A stretch of DNA of 64,000 nt from Hydrolagus colliei (lineage: Eukaryota): assembly GCA_035084275.1 (NCBI GenBank), contig CM068769.1, forward strand, positions 1,860,001-1,924,000, written 5' to 3'. The translations under genes were made by a program, and so were the position numbers. How positions within the stretch are numbered: the first letter of the stretch is position 1; each line of letters opens with the position of its first letter. Of this stretch, positions 61,553-64,000 are shown piece by piece. The notes under the pieces were generated by a model, which worked only from the letters and a program-made list of their open reading frames with translations, was not told the origin of the DNA and did not search any database.

Positions 61553-62384
61553 GATTTACAATGGAGACATTCGAAAGCAAATTATTTTAGGACTGTCTTG
61601 AATTGTCTCGTCCTTTCTCCTCCCGTGGAAGGGTTTACCTTCGTCTCGTTTCTCTGCTTGTTCCTCATGTTTTCCTAGTGTTCCTAGAAAACTGGACCGA
61701 ATTTAATCAAGAATATATTTCTGTGGTGTGTTCCTGCTCATTCGTGAGCCCCTACACTCCCTTCCCCACCTTCCCAGTTGAGTTAACTATTTGATGAATT
61801 GCTCTTACTTGTTTATATTATTTGACTTCAAAGTGAGTTGACATTGGTCGTGCTACAGTACCAGAACAATAAATTTACCTTTACAAAGCAATGTTCCCAT
61901 TAGGAGAAGTTCCAACTGCATTATGTTCATGAGTCAGATTATTCATTAGAATAATTAGATAATTATTTAGTTTCATAATTCGGTTTTAGATCAATAATGC
62001 AATTTACGTTCTCTCTTTGCCGATTTTCCGATGGGTATCAACATGCGTTTACTGTGCACTTTGATTCCAGCCGTTCAGTGACCCATTTATAAGTAAACTG
62101 TGTGAATCACTATTCCATGCTTCGTAAGAAGGGTATTCTCAATCTCATATGTTTAACAGAAGACAGAAGGGTGAACCTCAATGTGTTTACGAGTAAAATT
62201 CTTGTTACAGCATTAGTTACAACCAGTCTTGGAGCGATGCATGTGCTTTCACACTGTGAATAAAAGTGGACGCTAAGCATTGCAAATTTCCGACTATATC
62301 CATCTCGCTTGCCAGCCCGCACCACCCTCCCCCCCCCCCCCCCACCCACCAATTACCTCTCTTCACATTCACCCTAAAAATTTA

Positions 62385-63050
62385 CTAAGCACAAATTGTG
62401 AGATCGATTTGCAGAACATTTTCATCTGATCGGACGGTCAACCCTGATCTTCCAGTCTACCTCCATTTCAGCATTCAGATGCTGATTTTTTGAACCATGG
62501 GCCCTGCGATGTTCAAGTAACGCATAACGGAAGCTTGAGGAACAGCACCTCAACTATCTACTTGGGACACTGCAGCCGTCTGTCCTTAACACTGCGTTCA
62601 GCCATTTCAGTGCGTAAGAGTTTACCCGCACACCACACACAAATCCTCACACGATCACAATCATAACTCCAGACACCCATTGAATCTATGTTGTTTTGTT
62701 TGTTCTATCACGATTAACAACTCTTCTCCCCAGTTTCGTTTAAACCCACCCCCTTCTGTTTCTCCCCTTGAAGTCCTTAACACATATTCAACACGTCAGT
62801 TAACACACTGTTTTTTTCATTTTCCTTTGTCTGCTTTGTCTCGTTTGTCTTTCATGCCTTGCCTCTCAATCTTTAACGTCGTTAAGAATCCCCTCCGCCC
62901 ATACAAGTCCCAGTACTGACAACTTGTTGTGCACTCGAAACGTTGACTATTTTTCCTTTCTACATTGATGCTGCCTGACCTGCTTAATTTCCCCAGCTAC
63001 TTTAGTTTTTGTTTCAGATTCCCAGTTTCTGTAGTATTTTGTTTTTTGTT
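62385..63050 (+). mobile_element. Penelope-like element 3' fragment
   Basis: Homologous to 31500-32190 (gatcgatttgcagaaca..., gaggaacagcacctc..., gatgctgcctgacctgct). Confidence 0.75.
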
Positions 63051-64000
63051 CATGTTATTTGCAGCCCGTGGAATAGGTGTCATTATTGCACAATCTGCTG
63101 GTGAGCAGGAATAACATCACCGGTACAATTGGATACATGTGATCGCGAATTGTTTTTCGGCGTGTCTTCACTTCCCTGATCCTACCACCTGCAAGTTTAT
63201 ACATTGATCTCATTTCTCTCCTCATTCCTCAGGTTGGAGGGAAATTCGACTCCAATCCGATTTGCACTGCTGGGCGTTTCGTTGACATAAATACTTTTAA
63301 TTCACTTTATAGTGTATTTTGTGAAGCAAGTTCATACGTCTAGAATACATGAAAAGCGATATATCAAAGGCGAGGATTATTATTAATTACATTCCGTATC
63401 TTTTATCTGCTGATACATAATCCCCCAAATCAATTTGTTTCGCTAGAACTTTCCATTATTCTTTCTTGTCAACACCAATTCGCTCTGAAAATGTTCAACT
63501 CTCTTGTTAAATCCTTCCGCCTTGCCCCGATTTACACCGTATCATGTGGCCTACTGTAGTTCAATGGTTAGAACGCTTGCCTTATAGCTTGAGCCCTTTG
63601 TTTCGAAGCCAGGTAGTACAGGGCGAAACCTTGGGCAAGTTTTCTTAACTACATGCCTTCTAATAATCCGTCTCCAAATTCCGATTTTAGCAAGACCTTT
63701 TAAAGTTATATAAGTCAAAATAATATATACTTAGCAACACTAATCCTTACGTTTGACAATACGCTGTATCAAATCTTCGAGATGCAACAAAGCAATTTGC
63801 AGCATGTATTTCAAACGATTTAACTGCACATATTGTGGAGGAAGCACTGCAGCTGTTTGCTCGCAGCAGTCATCCATTGGAAAGAATGTTCAATTTATTA
63901 TTGGTGGTATTTGTAGTATTATTTAGAAGGAAGTTATGCCCCTGGAAAAATGATTCACTGATCAACTATCTACGGTTTCCTAGTTATTGTTGAGAAAACC

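Noticed and set aside
63545-63625. tRNA gene
   Set aside because: A- and B-box-like sequence continues into SINE body sequence, and no complete cloverleaf is evident.

Overview
Vertebrate genomic DNA, most likely a cartilaginous fish and possibly a chimaera. This is inferred from the L2/CR1/Penelope/tRNA-SINE repeat content and the T-cell receptor (TCR) V types. The right half (32.4-60.4 kb) is a minus-strand cluster of TCR alpha/delta-type V segments. Eleven are recognisable, each with a 23-bp-spacer recombination signal (RSS): five look fully intact, two are open but questionable, and four are pseudogenes. A few further relics are possible. The left part (about 1-18.6 kb, minus strand) is a multi-exon receptor (pseudo)gene: leader, 3 SRCR domains, 2 leukocyte-receptor-complex (LRC)-like Ig C2 domains, a transmembrane (TM) exon and a cytoplasmic micro-exon. 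Between them lies a simple-repeat-rich block (19.5-30 kb) with three copies of a tandem GC-box/X-box/CCAAT promoter-like cassette. Best leads: (1) the SRCR-Ig hybrid receptor on the RSS side of the V cluster; (2) an intact leader plus an Arg-containing, LRC-activating-type TM exon (68 aa, no Ig domain) inside the V cluster at 57.9-59.1 kb; (3) co-oriented CTCF-like sites among the V genes. Exon and RSS coordinates were read by hand, repeat boundaries are approximate, and no database searches were run.
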